Source of the DNA: Podarcis cretensis
Taxonomy: Eukaryota
NCBI GenBank assembly: GCA_951804945.1
Contig: OX638149.1
Coordinates: 34,038,001 to 34,102,000, forward strand
Length of the DNA: 64,000 nt
Direction of reading: 5' to 3'
A model generated the notes under the pieces. The model saw only the letters and a list, made by a program, of their open reading frames with translations, was not told the DNA's origin and made no database searches. Shown piece after piece: positions 47,601 to 61,721 of this stretch. The translations under genes were made by a program, and so were the position numbers. How positions within the stretch are numbered: the first letter of the stretch is position 1; the number at the start of each line of letters is the position of its first letter.

Positions 47601-47854
47601 CAGATCTGTGGTAATTGGGGGCTCATTTTAACATAAAAAGTTTATCGTCAGCCACATTGTGTTACTCTTCCCTGGGCAATTTTAAATTTGTGACAATTAT
47701 ATTAGGTTTTAAGGAGGAAGGGCATGGTAGAAGAGCAGTCAATCAATACCCTCTATGATCCCACTCAATTTCTTCAGTCTGTGGAAATGGCACTGTTACA
47801 AGTGGCACATTAAAAAAATATTTGTTCCACTCTTGTGGTAAACTGGTGTTTTAG

Positions 47855-48050
47855 CTTGGCAGCCTTGGAACTCCCTGCTGATTGGCATCAGGTAGTTGCC
47901 TTTGCTGTCCTCTTTGGTGCCTGCTTAAAATGTTTTTGTTTTAGGCAAGCCTATCCAGACACTCTTTTTAATCTACTGTTGATTTTCATTATCTTTTTAA
48001 TTACTTGTTTTTATTGAAAATTTTAATATTTCTTGTAAACTGCATATGTT
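47855..48050 (+). mobile_element. Degenerate L2 3' end
   Basis: ttggaactccctgc...ttaaaatgtttttgttttaggcaagcctat (WNSL...LK..LFRQAY) followed by a T-rich UTR. Confidence 0.55.
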
Positions 48051-48603
48051 TTGTGTAAATATATTCTCAACAGGTATGAATATTTCCATGTTTTATTATT
48101 ATTATTATTACAGTTATATTTTTATTAAAGATTTCTTAGTTTACAAAAATACGTGCCTTGTCTCTCTTTTTCAAGTTGCATTTTCTACAGATCAGTTTCA
48201 TTTGTTGTGAGACATTAGTGTTGCATACAGTATTAGGATAGGAAGAAAAAAGAGGGAAAGAAGGGGAGCAGGGCATGGTGAATGGAGTGGGGTCGGGTGG
48301 CAATGCTTCTATTCTTCTACTTAGTGTATATGTGTGGGGTTTTTTGTCAGTGTCACTTGTATGGGTTCTCTTACTATTTGCTTGTTGTTGCCATGTTTAT
48401 TATTAGCATAAAAATGAGATCACACATTTATTTTATATCCCTGGTAAAGATTTTTAGCTGGTCTGCCATTGCTGGAGGGCTTGGATTTTTTTCCCCCCAG
48501 CAGGGCCCAAACCCAACCTCAGGAGCCCTGATTCTGAGAATGACCTGGAGGTCACATTTGGTCTCTGAGGCAGAGGCTACTGCTAGTTTACCGTGATCAT
48601 GCC

Positions 48604-48752
48604 CATGGGCATAACCAGGATTTTTGTTAAGGGAGGCAGGACTTTGTTGGGGTGCAAAACCGCCATGATTGGTCAATTAATTAAGATTTCTCTTGCTTTA
48701 TATGATGGGGGGGGGCAGCTGACCCTCCGTGCCCTGTCTTGCTACGCCCATG
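48604..48752. mobile_element. hAT MITE, 149 bp
   Basis: TIRs CATGGGCATAAC / GCTACGCCCATG. Perfect 8-bp TSD ATCATGCC at 48596-48603 and 48753-48760. Confidence 0.88.
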
Positions 48753-51110
48753 ATCATGCCTTCAACTGTGTGGGCAAAAATAAAAATGCAATGTGTTAAT
48801 ATGCTTATAAAGTTGATTACACAAGATAGTTGTATCAATAAGAATCATAGAATTGCAGAGAGAAGAAACATAAGCATGCCCATTTCCATGCATATATCCA
48901 GACTCCGTGGAATCTTAATACAAAATTACATATGTTGATAGCAGAAAAACCAGGGTAAATCAGTTCATGGGATTACAGTTTCATTGCTCTATCTGAAATA
49001 CATTCAATGTCTCTATGATTACTTATATGAATGGAATTCAACTTACTTTGTGTTTCTTGTTACAATAGTTTTTTTGCAATCAGCTTTATAAACATATTAG
49101 TCCACTGCATTTTTTCCACATAGTTTCAGTTATCCTTCTTTTTCCCCACCAATTATTCTTTGGGGAACCTGGTCCCCCCCCCCCCACCTCTGCTGTTTTC
49201 TATTACTTGTGTGGAGTATACAGTTGAGCAACATAACAGTTTGCACACATGTAGAATGGGTTCAGTGCCACTTCAAAACAGACACCATTTATTTATTTTA
49301 ACTACTGTGTGTGCTTCATTTTCTTTTCAGCACAGTTGAGACTGACTACAGACTTTCTCTGATTCCCGTAGTCTTCATCTTGAAAAATCAGCTACATCCT
49401 TATGAAGGAATGAAAATTACACATAATTCCATTCCCCCCTTCAAATAAAGTCCAGCGCATTAAGTCACAGCTGTCTCAGGTGCTGTAACTTCCAATTGTG
49501 TTACTACCATTAATCCCCCAAGATCATTCTAGGTCTCATTAACCTTGGCAGTCTGGAATGCTAACCACCACTATCAAGTACAAATTAGTTTTCATTGCAC
49601 ATATGCTATTTCCAGTCAACCAAGCTATTTAAGATATTACAAAGTAACCCAACTCTGTTAAATTCTCTTGTGTATAGTGGACAAATTGTATGGATAGGAT
49701 AATTAATAATGAATAGATATATATTTTGGAGGGAAGACTCTTTCTGTCTCTCTCCCCCTCCCTCTGTCTTCACTTCAAGGGAGTAAGGCAAAGAACGGAG
49801 ACATAAAGTATATGTCAGTCTGGAACTAGTATAGTTTATTCTGTTCTAGTTTATTGATACTAATTTAAATCCTAGGGAAATTTTTCTTGTTCGTGGACAT
49901 GTGAAGCTCATCTCCCATACTAGTGTGGCAGGGGAGAGAGATGGAACTTTTTAGCTGTTTAGTTATGTCTCCCAAAACTGTAGCTAACAGATTCATTTAA
50001 TTATTTGATAGTGTTGCATACTATAGATTTGGGTGAAAACAAGGAACCGCAAGGGAGACAACAGGACAGCACTGTAGCATTGTATCCTTGAGTTATTCCT
50101 AAGGCATTTCAGCCATTACTGAGCCCCGAGTAGGCCATTTAACATGGCACACAGTGGGATATGGAAGGTTTTGCCTCATCTACCCTCCCACTCTGCGCAT
50201 ACAGCCTTAATTGTCAATTGGGGCATTCAACCATACCCATCAACTGCCCCATTTTAAACAGAATGTCCCGGAAACACAGAAGCTGATCCCAGCTTCTGTT
50301 TGATTCCCAGATGTCCCATTGTTTTGGCTGGTACTCTGGCACAAGTCCTCATGCCAGAGTGCTGGACCAAAAGACTCTCACTTTGGTACTCATGAGCAGG
50401 GGCACATGATCCAGAGTGCCAAAGGTCTAGTACTCAAGCATGGCCTACTCACAAGCCCCAGGACACCTAAAGGCCCAGCACTCTGGCATGACTCTCTGAG
50501 GAGCCCAGAACGCTGGTGCCAAAATCTCACACTCTCTCACCCTGCTTGGTGTGGGGGCTGTGATCTTGTACAGCGCTCAAAAATGTGTGTTTTTGGATGA
50601 TGTGACTCACCTGGGAGTGACTTCAAGTACATTTTCCCGATTTCAAGTAGGAAAATGTTGATTGGTATGCGTTCAGCATGACACACTGACAATGCCTCAC
50701 TCATATGACCCTCTCCACCAAAAAGATCTAACAAGTGAGAACTATTTACATAGGGATTTTGCCGCATACCCCCTTCAAGAAGTAATCAAGTCATGGGCTG
50801 CCCGGAACCCAGTCAGGGTGAAACCCAGGGTGAAAACAAGGTACTGGCAGAGCAGCCCAAACTTTGGCTGCGCAAGGGGCAGAGACACCGCCACACCTGC
50901 AGCCCTGTTCCTCATACCAGGGTGAAAGGCAGGGAACAAGCCAAAGCTTTCTACAGTTGGTGTAAATATTGGGCAAAGTCATCAAGTGACTGCAGTGGGG
51001 CCAACTTGGGACCCAACCAAACCCGGTCCAGCTCAGTCCCTTTTGTCCCCAGAACACCCTATTTTTGGGATTTCCCTGGGCTGCTGTTCGTGAGAAGCCT
51101 TATAGTACTA

Positions 51111-51503
51111 GGTAAAAGGTAAAGGACCCCTGGACGGTTAAGTCCAGTCAAAGGCGACTATGAGGTGTGGCGCTCATCTTGCTTTCAGGCCGAGGGAGCC
51201 GGCGTTTGTCCATAGACAGCTTTCCGGGTCATGTGGCCAGCATGACTAAACTGCTTCTGGTGCAACGGAACACCGTTATGGAAACCAGAGCACATAGAAA
51301 CGCTGTTTACCTTCCAGCCACAGTGATACCTATTTATCTACTTGCACTGGCGCGCTTTCAAGCTGCTAGGTTAGGAGGAGCTGGGACAGAGCAATGGAAG
51401 CTCACCCCATCGTGGGGATTCGAACTGCAAACCTTCTGATCGGCAAGTCCAAGAGGCTCAGTGGTTTTTAGACCATGGCGCCACCTACGTCCCGCTAATC
51501 TTT
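51111..51503 (-). mobile_element. Sauria SINE (older variant)
   Basis: Sauria body and tail. 13-bp TSD CCTTATAGTACTA at 51098-51110 and 51504-51516. Confidence 0.92.
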
Positions 51504-52122
51504 CCTTATAGTACTACTTCATGGGCAGAGATTGGTGGAGCTTTCTGGGCTCTGCCGAGGCAGACCTTTAACTTGTCAAAAACTCCCACAACTACCAGTG
51601 TGATGGATTAGGGATTTGGATTGCAACCTAAAACAGGTTTAAGTTTCCCCATATATCCCCAGTCACAGATTACTCTGCACACTATCATAACTAAGTATAC
51701 ATTTAAGGCAGAAGTGAAAGGGACAGGGAATCAGTTCCAATTCAGTCATTTCTTCCCAGAGTAAACTAGTGGAGCTTTGCAAAGGAAAGCTATTGCCCAG
51801 ACAGGTATAAAGGAGATTGCGGTTAGGACAAAATAGCTACTATTAATACTACATATTTACTTCATGTTATTCCCTAGAGGAAATATACATTCTTTAATGT
51901 TTTGCAATAAAGGATGAATAACTGAAATGTATATTCAAGTTGAAATTGTCAGCTAATGTAACAGCAGTGCAGTCACTGTGGTTTGGCCATCATAAATTTC
52001 CTCTTGCAGTTTAACTGCTTCTATACAGACATTAATTTGACATGCAGTATATTTTGGACTTTCTCAAAGAGTAGTAAGTTGCAGAAATAAAATACTAGGT
52101 AGATTACTTCTACTACCTTTAT

Positions 52123-52138
52123 CCACTAGGTGACAGTA
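52123..52138 (+). promoter_or_regulatory. Candidate CTCF motif
   Basis: CCACTAGGTGACAGTA, about one mismatch to CCACYAGRKGGCRS, in unique AT-rich DNA. Confidence 0.35.
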
Positions 52139-55100
52139 CAACCCTTTTACCTTTTTTTCTTAGAAAAAGGTAATGGAAAAGAAAAAGGTAACTTAAACAA
52201 AAACCTGCTGAATGTGTGCTGTCCAGTTGAATAAATATTATGTAATATGTGTATGGAAATTATCTTTAGCTTTCGTATTACTATGAGGAAATATTTATCT
52301 TGATTGAAACATCTGGGTGATTCAGACAGTAGACCTTTAAAACAAAACTATACACTTTTCTGCTCTTTTCAAAAAGACCTTTTTACCAGGGCAGGTTATT
52401 GTAGAGCAATAGCAAAATAATAGATAATGGAAGTTAATAATGGAAATGAACTATACTTAAGGTAAGAAATATGGAATGTTTGTACTTTGAAGTTAGCTCA
52501 TGTAAAGGTAAATAATTACAATTCTTTATCCTAAGGATAGTAATGTATGAAATTAGCATTGCAAACAAAACAAATGTGTTATCTTTTAATCTTTAAACAT
52601 TGTTTCAACATCTGCTTTTTACTGTACTTAGCACATTACTGGAATGGTTTATTTATCAAAAAGAACTCCTTTGTTTGAAATGTAGTTTATTCTCAGCATG
52701 CTTAATCAGAAATCTCACTGAGTTCAACAGGCTTACTTGCCTGTATATTTTCCCATGAATTTATAATTTGATATATTGTGAAAGAAAACTATACAGTTTG
52801 TTTGGGGTTCAAACGATCACAAATGTCTGCAAAATAAATAATTCACAGTATTTGTTCATAAAAATCTTACCTGTTTAAATGTTTGGAGGCTCACACTTAT
52901 TACCACTTACAAATAGAGTTGTTCTGTATAATGCATCGTGTTGCATATACTTTGAGAATATTAGATAAGGTATTCCTTAGAATATAGCTTAACATATTTA
53001 TTGTTTATACAAAACTGCATAATGTTAATATTTCAAATATTAAAAACAGGAATATGAATAGCAGCAAAATTAAGACAGGAGTTGGATATTGTGACTATAA
53101 ATACTCAATTCTAATTAAATCAACTTTCTAAATGAAGCACAGTATGCACTTGCACATTTTATCACGACAGGTGAATTTCTGTTTGCTTTTCTTTCAAAAA
53201 GGCATTTTTTGGGGTAGCAATTAGAAGATTGATATATTATTTACACTCCATATGGAAAGCATGCAAGACTGTCAAAAAAGTTAGCCCATTTTTTTTTTGT
53301 TGGTTCCTGAGCACAAGAATTTATATTGTTGAAACACATGGAATATTATAGACACCCACTTTAAACTGATTCCCTTGTACCACGACTGCAAGGGAATCCA
53401 TGGATGGCAGCTGGACCTTTTCTCACCTGGACCTGTTACTCTTTCTGGTCCTCTCACATCCACCACATAGGATACCTGCATCGTAAGTTCATCACTAACA
53501 GCTCTAATTGCACTGATCATCTGTTGGTAGCATTGCATGGGACTGACAAGTTCCTTTTTTGCCCCAGTAGATGATTAGTGGTTTGGAAGGGGACAGTTTC
53601 ACAAACCAGAGCTGATGCACAGCTCACTGGCTGATGCAAGAATTTCCGGACTGAAACACAATGTATTTCACTCTTTCTAAGAAGTGTGGTTCTCTCTGTC
53701 TCCCTTCTTAGGCTTGTGGGCAAAAGACTGCATGCATGCGCACATTTATACTTGTGTTCAGTGCATAACACAACACTTTATTTCACTTCTAGTCCTCATT
53801 CCAAGAAAAATTAAGAGTGTTTTGTTCACGTGAGAGGCGGTTATAGCCTTTATTTATCTCCCTTAAACAAGAAAGGTAGCAAACCAGGTAAATGTGAATT
53901 CTGGTGATAGAGTGAGAGAAAGCACCACACTGAAAAAAATAGATAAAAGAATGTAAAATGGCTGAACAATAGTCAGTGTCATCCTAAAGGATGTTTACCT
54001 GGAAGTAAGGTAATTGATGATAGGAAGCTAACAACTTTACACAACTTGTAGTTTGAAGAGGAAAATTATCTGCCTGTTATGTTTATAAAAGCTATTTGAA
54101 AAGACTGTAATTTGAAGTGTGTGTGATGATTCAGGTGGAGCAGGGATACTGTACTTTAGAATCAGCACTATTATAACTGTACTTTAGAATTGGTGTTGTT
54201 AATATCAATACTAGAAACCTCTGTTTTTAGATGTAACTGAATCTAGTACTTTTTTTTGGGGGGGGAGATTAATATCATTCGTATGGTCTCCTCTTGGCAA
54301 TGAATTTATAGTTCTCACTTGGAATTTATAGTTCTCACTTTTATAAAAAGGAAAAGAGAAATTTTGAATGACTGTAACTTCAAGCTTTTTTTCAAGTGAT
54401 AATATATGTCACTTCCTGATAATTATACATGGCAACTAAACTGGGGGTATCTGAATGCAAGAAAATTACCACATTGACAACATTTTCAGGAAATGAGCAT
54501 TTCAGAAAGAAGCATGCCATCAGTTTCTGTAGAATTCTTCTCCATGATTAGCAGAATGTTCTCTATCATGAAAATGGCTTGCATAAACAGAGCACACTAT
54601 TTTGTAAGAAGTTTGGCCAGTTTATTATCTCCAGATTCCCTTTCTGCTACATAGAGACAAGTGCATATAAAATAATGTTTACTCAGCCTCAGTCTTTCAG
54701 CAAGCTTCTCATAAACTGTGGATACGATGGCTCCCTGCATTATGGTTATCTAGAGTTTTTCTTATGTTTGCTCCAGCGATTTATAAACTGCATTCAGAAC
54801 CCACATCAATTGGTGGGGAAGCTGAATGTCATTTTACCCTCATTTACTGAGCAATTCCTGCTCAGAAGCCAAGTAAATGCTGACATTTTCTTTTTATTGT
54901 TAGGGTAGTATTTATGATGTGTTGGATCACAAGGATGATTTTCCATTGAGGCATATATTATAAAAAATATTATGGGCTCAAGCATCACTGCTAATTTTGC
55001 ATATTCTAATTTCATGTGATTAATATAACACTCATGAAGATAATGCTGGAAGGAAAGTTATCAAACAGCAGCTGGTAGGCATAAGGCCCCTCCCCATATT

Positions 55101-55256
55101 TTAAAGATGAAATATTTCCTTTCAATAAGAACTTTGTGAAGAAAATGATGCGTAGAAATTACAAAGTTGATAAGAGGAAGGAAGCTCAGGACTTCTCCCA
55201 CTCCCCCCCCTTTTTTTTTTGAGGTGCACAGTTTTGAACTTTAGCTTGGTCTTGAG

Positions 55257-55580
55257 CAGGGGTCAGCAACCTTTTTCAGCCGTGGGCCAGTCCACCATCC
55301 CTCAGACCATGTGGTGGGCCGGACTATATTTTGAAGAAAAAAATATGAAAGAATTCCTATGCCCCACAAATAACCCAGAGATACATTTTAAATAAAAGCA
55401 CACATTCTACTCATGTAAAAACACCAGGCAGGACCCCACAAATAACCCAGAGAAGCATTTTAAATAAAAGGACACATTGTACTCATGTAAAAACACACTG
55501 ATTCCCGGACCGTCCACGGGCTGGATTGAGAAGGCAATTGGGCCGCATCCGGCCCCCGGGCCTTAGGTTGCCTACCCCTG
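55257..55580. mobile_element. hAT (Charlie-type) non-autonomous transposon, 324 bp
   Basis: TIRs CAGGGGTCAGCAACCT / AGGTTGCCTACCCCTG. 8-bp TSD GTCTTGAG / ATCTTGAG. Internal ~72-bp direct repeat. Confidence 0.92.
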
Positions 55581-55992
55581 ATCTTGAGGATTAGAAGCTC
55601 ACTTTTATAATAAATGGTTGAATATTCAGGTTTCCACATATTTACATGTATACACAGTCAAACCATCCCAGGATGTGCAAAAGTTTGTCATGTATCACAG
55701 CTCACTCAAAAGTTACATTTTGTCTAGCCCTGAATTATACAAAGCGATGAAATGTGTGTGAGAGAGAAAAGAATATTTAAAGTTCAGGGGAGATTGGGTT
55801 AAATAGTGAAATGCCCAAGGTTTATACACACACACACACAGCCCGTTCTGGAAGTAAATTGATTTGTGTTCTTTTCACTAACCTCTGCACTCCAGAGGTA
55901 ACAAACAGATCAGGGATATGGTAACTTTTCAATAACTGAAGCTTCTGTGCCCCCGCCCCCAGTGATCCAAGAACAAGTTGCTATTTTGAAAC

Positions 55993-55995
<3 letters not shown>

Positions 55996-56040
<45 letters not shown>
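55996..56040. repeat. (GA)n microsatellite
   Basis: About 22 perfect units. Confidence 0.95.
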
Positions 56041-56044
<4 letters not shown>

Positions 56045-59000
56045 CAAGGAATGTCCACAGACAACTCCATGGCTCTATAAACATGCACTTTATTTGCAGG
56101 TGAGGGAGAGAAAAAAATGAATCAAGTGTCCAGGTGCAAAACACATACAGAAGACAGGGTGTGAAAATGTACGCCAACTGCCCCAGAATAACCACAGTGT
56201 TTTATTGGGTACGCAATGAAACAGCCGCTGGTTTTCAGCAAGGCCCTGCAAATAAATAAATAAATAAATATGGAAAGAGGTGGTCAATACAGAGAATTAA
56301 CAGCACTCCTGTCTGCCTCTCCAGGATTAGATTTCTTTATGGCTCTAAATGTAAGGGTCCATTCATTCATTTTCTGCATTCCTTTTCTTGCCAGCCTTGA
56401 CTTCCGATTATATTCATTTGCTGAGATGAATTAGCTGTATCTTTGGGAAATGTTCAGATTGTCTCCAACAGCTTTCTAAATGCTCACTCCATATCTACTT
56501 TGTACACATAAGGCAGATCGTTATGGACTGTGAGTGATAGCTACCTTCTTCCACTAGAGAGTACTGACTGAAAATTCGAGATAAATTTGTGGATAAACAG
56601 TTCAAATCATTAGCTGCAATGCCCTAGGTACAAGTATAGAAGAACTGGACTAGACTGCATCAAAAACATTTCTTTTCCTATTTAAACTCTTTTAACAATG
56701 TCTAGTTTAGCCATGAAAAACATTATCTATTTTCCCATGGTTTCCTTTTACACTGCACTGGGAATTTTTTATTTCATAAGGGGCCAACTTCCACTGACCT
56801 CAGTAAAACAGGACCAGGCCAGGAGTACAATCACGATTAGGTTGCTTTTCAATCATTTGGTAAAATAACGATTAGGCTGCAGAATTTCAGAATAAAGCTT
56901 TGTTTCTTTCCATTGGGTATTTTTAATGTGGCAGCAAAATATTAATTTTTGGTATAGAAAAGTGAGAAAATGGGAAACGAAACCAAAGGGGAAAAAGACA
57001 TACATGGCATGAGAGACATTAAGGGGGAAAAGAAACACCTAAGGAATTTTCTGTTTCAGAGTGGTTTTTTTTATAGAAAAGATACCAATTAATGTAATGC
57101 ATATCTTTTGCAAATGAAAAACCATATTCATTCCATTTGTTAATTTGTATTTGCTAGGTCACTTTAAAAGTTACAAATTAGTTATGAGCAGGAATGAACT
57201 GTCAACATAATATTGTGAGGTACAATAATCTGCAAAACGATTTGGAAACATCACAAAAATAAATAAACAATGGCAGAAGGTATTCTTAAATTCTTTAGAA
57301 GCAGAGAGACTTTTCTTTTCTTATCAAATTACAGAATGGGTAATGACTGCTTACTACATACAGTTTTGCTTGAATAATTTTTGTAATCCACATGAAAATT
57401 TAGTTCTGGAGACTAAAGTTAATTTAGGAATTAATAACTTTGATTGACTTACAATGCTATCCTATATGTGTCTACTGCATATATGTGTCTACTGAAAAAT
57501 ATGGCTCATTAAATAGAATGATACTTAATTCTGAGCAGATATGAATGGAAATTTTTCACACTTGCATTTTTTCAGTTAATGTGAAAAGTTGAGTTTATAT
57601 GCTTTGATGTCAGGGCTGGAAAAATACACTTGAAAGCTAGATGCTCATGCTGTGGTATTAGGTAATTCTATAGAACTAGTTTATGATTTTTATCTGAAAT
57701 GAACTATTTTAATACTATTAATGTAGATATGGTGAACAGAACCACCATCCAAAGCACACTTACTTAGATATGATTTCCATTGCAATCAGCTGAACACCCA
57801 GTTTTTCAAAACCTTTCATATTCCAAATGCTTCCTTTAGGAATAACCCTAAAAAGGGTAGGTGTTTAGTTATGAAGATTAAAAGTTTTGGAGTTTTCTTT
57901 GTCACAGAATTGGCAGCGACAAAGGTGCAATGAGACCACAATAATCATAAAATCAGCTTAAGAGTAATTGTATGTATTCTTTAACCTTAATTATTTTATC
58001 TTTTTTCAAGGTTTTGTACTCATGTCTATGAGGCAGCTTTTGTTTAAACAAAATGACACATTATGTTCAGATATATACAGTACATGACAGTAATTCAAAG
58101 GACTTGCGATCATTAATTGGGCTTATTGTCATCGCTGAATCTTCAAGCTAACTTGAAAGTCCCTGCATACAGTGTATTTCCAAAATCCACTGCTCGGATG
58201 AGGCCGACATTTTATGGGTCAATTTGTGTGCCTGATTTAAAGGCCACAGAAGTAACAAGAGAACTGAAAACATCAGGAGAGGCAGAAGAAGTTTTGTTAA
58301 AGGGAGCATTCCAATCCATTTAGCAGCTTCACAAGTCCTAATGAGATGATAACTCATCGAGTCAAGCGTATTTGTTACTTTCAGGAAGTGCACCTCACGT
58401 AAATGAAGGGATTATTTGAGGAAGGATCATAGAAGGGTGGGGACTGTTTGTGATTCAGCTTGGAAAAGGCAGGCACAGATTTACTTTGGTGTTCAGTAAC
58501 CCACCAGTATTCGGTTCCCTCTGGTGTAGCTATCTGGTCTTTATCTGGTGTGATTCATGGGTTGTGAACTGAGAAGATGGAAGACACTTTAGAAAAGGAT
58601 TCTTTGTTCAAGCAGATAAAACATACTTTGTACAAAGACTGTACTTTTTGCTGAATTTAAGAGACAAAGTATAAATGAGTCGGGTAATTAGTTTGAAATA
58701 TTTCTACTTGTTTATTATGTTACTGTACTGTGAATCAAAACTCTTATTACTGAATTCATTTAATAGTATATTTATTATATCATTGCACAGGAAGATCTAC
58801 ATTAAGGTTATCCCATTTTATCCTCTAAACCCTGTGAGGTAGGGGAGACTGAGAGACCCATGACCATCTGCAGAGTGAATAAGCAGCTTGGGGGGGGGAT
58901 TAGATTAGAGAAAGGAGCTAGAGAAAAGTTCAGATCATGCCATTCCTGATCTTCTCTGGATCTGCTAATTATAAAAAAGAAAAAGAAAATCAAAGATTTG

Positions 59001-59727
59001 CGTGATGTCTAGTTTGGCCCCTTGTGAGAACAGAAAAGGCTGCATAAAATAGTTCATTTAAAAATAATTATATGGTTATCTCCATATCAGATTCAAGATA
59101 GCTATCTATGAGCAAAGTTTGACACATGGAAAGAGTGCCTCCTATCTATTAATGGAAGGGTGACAGTGAGGAGTCTTACGAATTCTACCCTACAGCCCCT
59201 AAAACTATGCCGTGGACATTAGGGGAGACCTTCAGGAACAGTATGGAATGGAGGGAAGGGTTCATGGGAGGGGGCAAAAATCCCCTCTCCCTTCAACAGC
59301 AAAATCCTCTGCTGGATTGAAGGCCATTTTGTTCATTAAATATGTCCTTTGGAGAATAGCAGGACACATTTTGATCCAATCTGATATGCTTTGCTTGCTA
59401 ATTTCCATTTTGTCTGGCAAATGGAACAGAGACTAATGGTTTGGCCAAGGTTACCAGGAAGCTGTCATGGTTGGAAAGATTGTCAGACTGGGCTAACACT
59501 GGCACTGTACTTCCGCCAAAATCCAGAAAAAAGTTCATACCTTACTCTGCACATCTGGTAGCACCTTAAGACATTTTGCTTTACATGGTGTACAGCAACC
59601 TTTTTGCTGAACTCATGGCACTTTGTCAGATAATGTGGGGGTGCTGATACTTAAAGAAAAGCTATTGTTTTCCAAATTTGTTTTATTATTTCAGAAAAAA
59701 AGCCCTTCAGTCCGGGGGGGGGGGCGG

Positions 59728-59816
59728 GCGGACCTGTGACCCTCCAGATGCTTTAGGGCTCATAACTTTCATCAGCCCAGGCCAGAACGGTCAACAGTGA
59801 GGGATTATGGGAGTTC
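59728..59816. mobile_element. Degenerate hAT MITE fragment
   Basis: acctgtgaccctccagatg...aactttcatcagccc...ggggattatgggagtt, same family as 11885. Confidence 0.5.
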
Positions 59817-61721
59817 CCTGTCTCTGCTGTAATTCTGCATTAGATGAATGTATGCATCTAAAATATCATTACACAAATTGTATAGCTGTAGTCGAGAAGA
59901 GGTAACAGCCACACAAGTACTTCAATGAAGCTTGCTGCTTTAGAAAAATAGTTATTTCTAAAACCTATGCCATAATTATTATTGCAGGGTGTTTTTATTT
60001 TGTTCTGTTGTTTTAGTATTCAGTGTGCTAAATGTTTTGTCAGATATTTAAATATTTGGCTCCCCCAAATAATAAAGTCTAATCTGAGTGGAGATCATTA
60101 TAAATTATAATGGTGATTTCAAGTCAATATTTATTATTTTTCCATGAAATGTCAACCTGATTTGGAAGATTTGCCTCCCCCCCCCCAATCAGAATTATTC
60201 AAAGAGCTTTTATTTAATTTCATTAAACTCCTGCGGGTAGTGAAGCTACCAGGTGATGATGCAGGACAGAACCTTCTTTGTAGTGGCACCCCATTGGTGC
60301 AATGCTGTCTAACACTGTTACCATTTTTTGGCTAGATCAAGACACATTTATATGCCCATACATTTTAAAGGTTCAGGGAGTTGTTTAAGCTGCCTGTTGG
60401 TGAATGTTGTTAATTTTTAGCTGCCTTTATTTGTTTTGACGAAGTGTTTTCGAATTGACTATTGTAGGGTGTGTTTATTTTTTACCTTCTGTACCTTGTC
60501 TGGTATTTGTACCAGGGTGTGGTACTGAAAGGCAAGTTATAGTTTTTGTTTTTTTAATAAATAAATCCTGGTCCTAAATTTAAAAACGGAAGTGTGGAGA
60601 GGAGGTAAAAAGAAAGACTAATATTTGGAGGGTAATTAAATTGCTTTCACTCCCCCCTCCCCCCAAAAAAATACTTGAAAGCCTTTTCACCATTTTTTGC
60701 ATAGATCCTGCTAGTTTACTGAACTGACCCCTTTGCTCAAAAAGAGTTAATTTTGTTTGTGGTTAATTCATTATTTACTCGATCCCTCTCTGGGCAGGAA
60801 ACCGTGGGATCTTTTTCATCAGTCATTTTTACTTCCTGCAGATAAACTCTTGTTCAAGCAGCTTAGAAAATTATTCAACTTCCCTCCCAGAACAATTTTT
60901 AATCAGGAAAAGGGGTACTTTTCAGAACATGCATTTTATTTGCACAAGGCATGGTCTGATGGATTAACCAGATGTAGAGAAATTGACATTAGTACTTAAC
61001 TGAGCAGTTCGGTATTCTCCACTGGGTTCCACATTAAGAGACCAAATAAAAATGGCAATTAAGCAGTTGTGAATGAATGACTCTGCAGCAGATTTTCGAC
61101 ATACATTTCTCTAGCCATTGGGCATGTCCCCTAGAACATGAGATGTTCTTCTGGCTGGATATTATAATATTACTGAGTGACTGTTTACTAAGTGGCAATT
61201 TAAATCATTTGGTAAGTCTGCCCTTTCAGAAGAGAATTTCATTACACACAGGTCCAGGTAAGCAGGGGGAACAGAATGTTCTAGACAACCACCTTACTGA
61301 ATGGCTGCGTGCATGCTGCATTAACTTCACATTGAGTGCCTCTATGATAAGTGATACATTACACTCACCAGCTATTCAATTTGCACTGCCTTAAATCCAC
61401 ACCAATGACACTATCTTATGCTGTTTTATCCAGAGTTACTGTCAATAACAACCAGTTCTCAGGCTCTGGCTTGGGTCTAAATAAGTTTATAACCCACATA
61501 ATCCCAGCAACTGTAATGGCCTTTTGTAATGAGTCATATGTGTCATAAAATTTCACCCATCATGAAAAGAGTAGCAATTTTCAATCTGCTTACAACGGCA
61601 AATAAACCAGGCATGCCAGCATCTATAGTGTTTTCATAAGTTGCTCTGGGGTTTCTTTTGGTCTTGTTTTATATTCTATACACTTTCTTGTGGAATGATT
61701 GTGCAATACTAATAATCAATA

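Noticed and set aside
54302-54340. 20-bp tandem duplication (a similar one at about 57463-57494)
   Set aside because: Ordinary slippage duplications with no sign of function.
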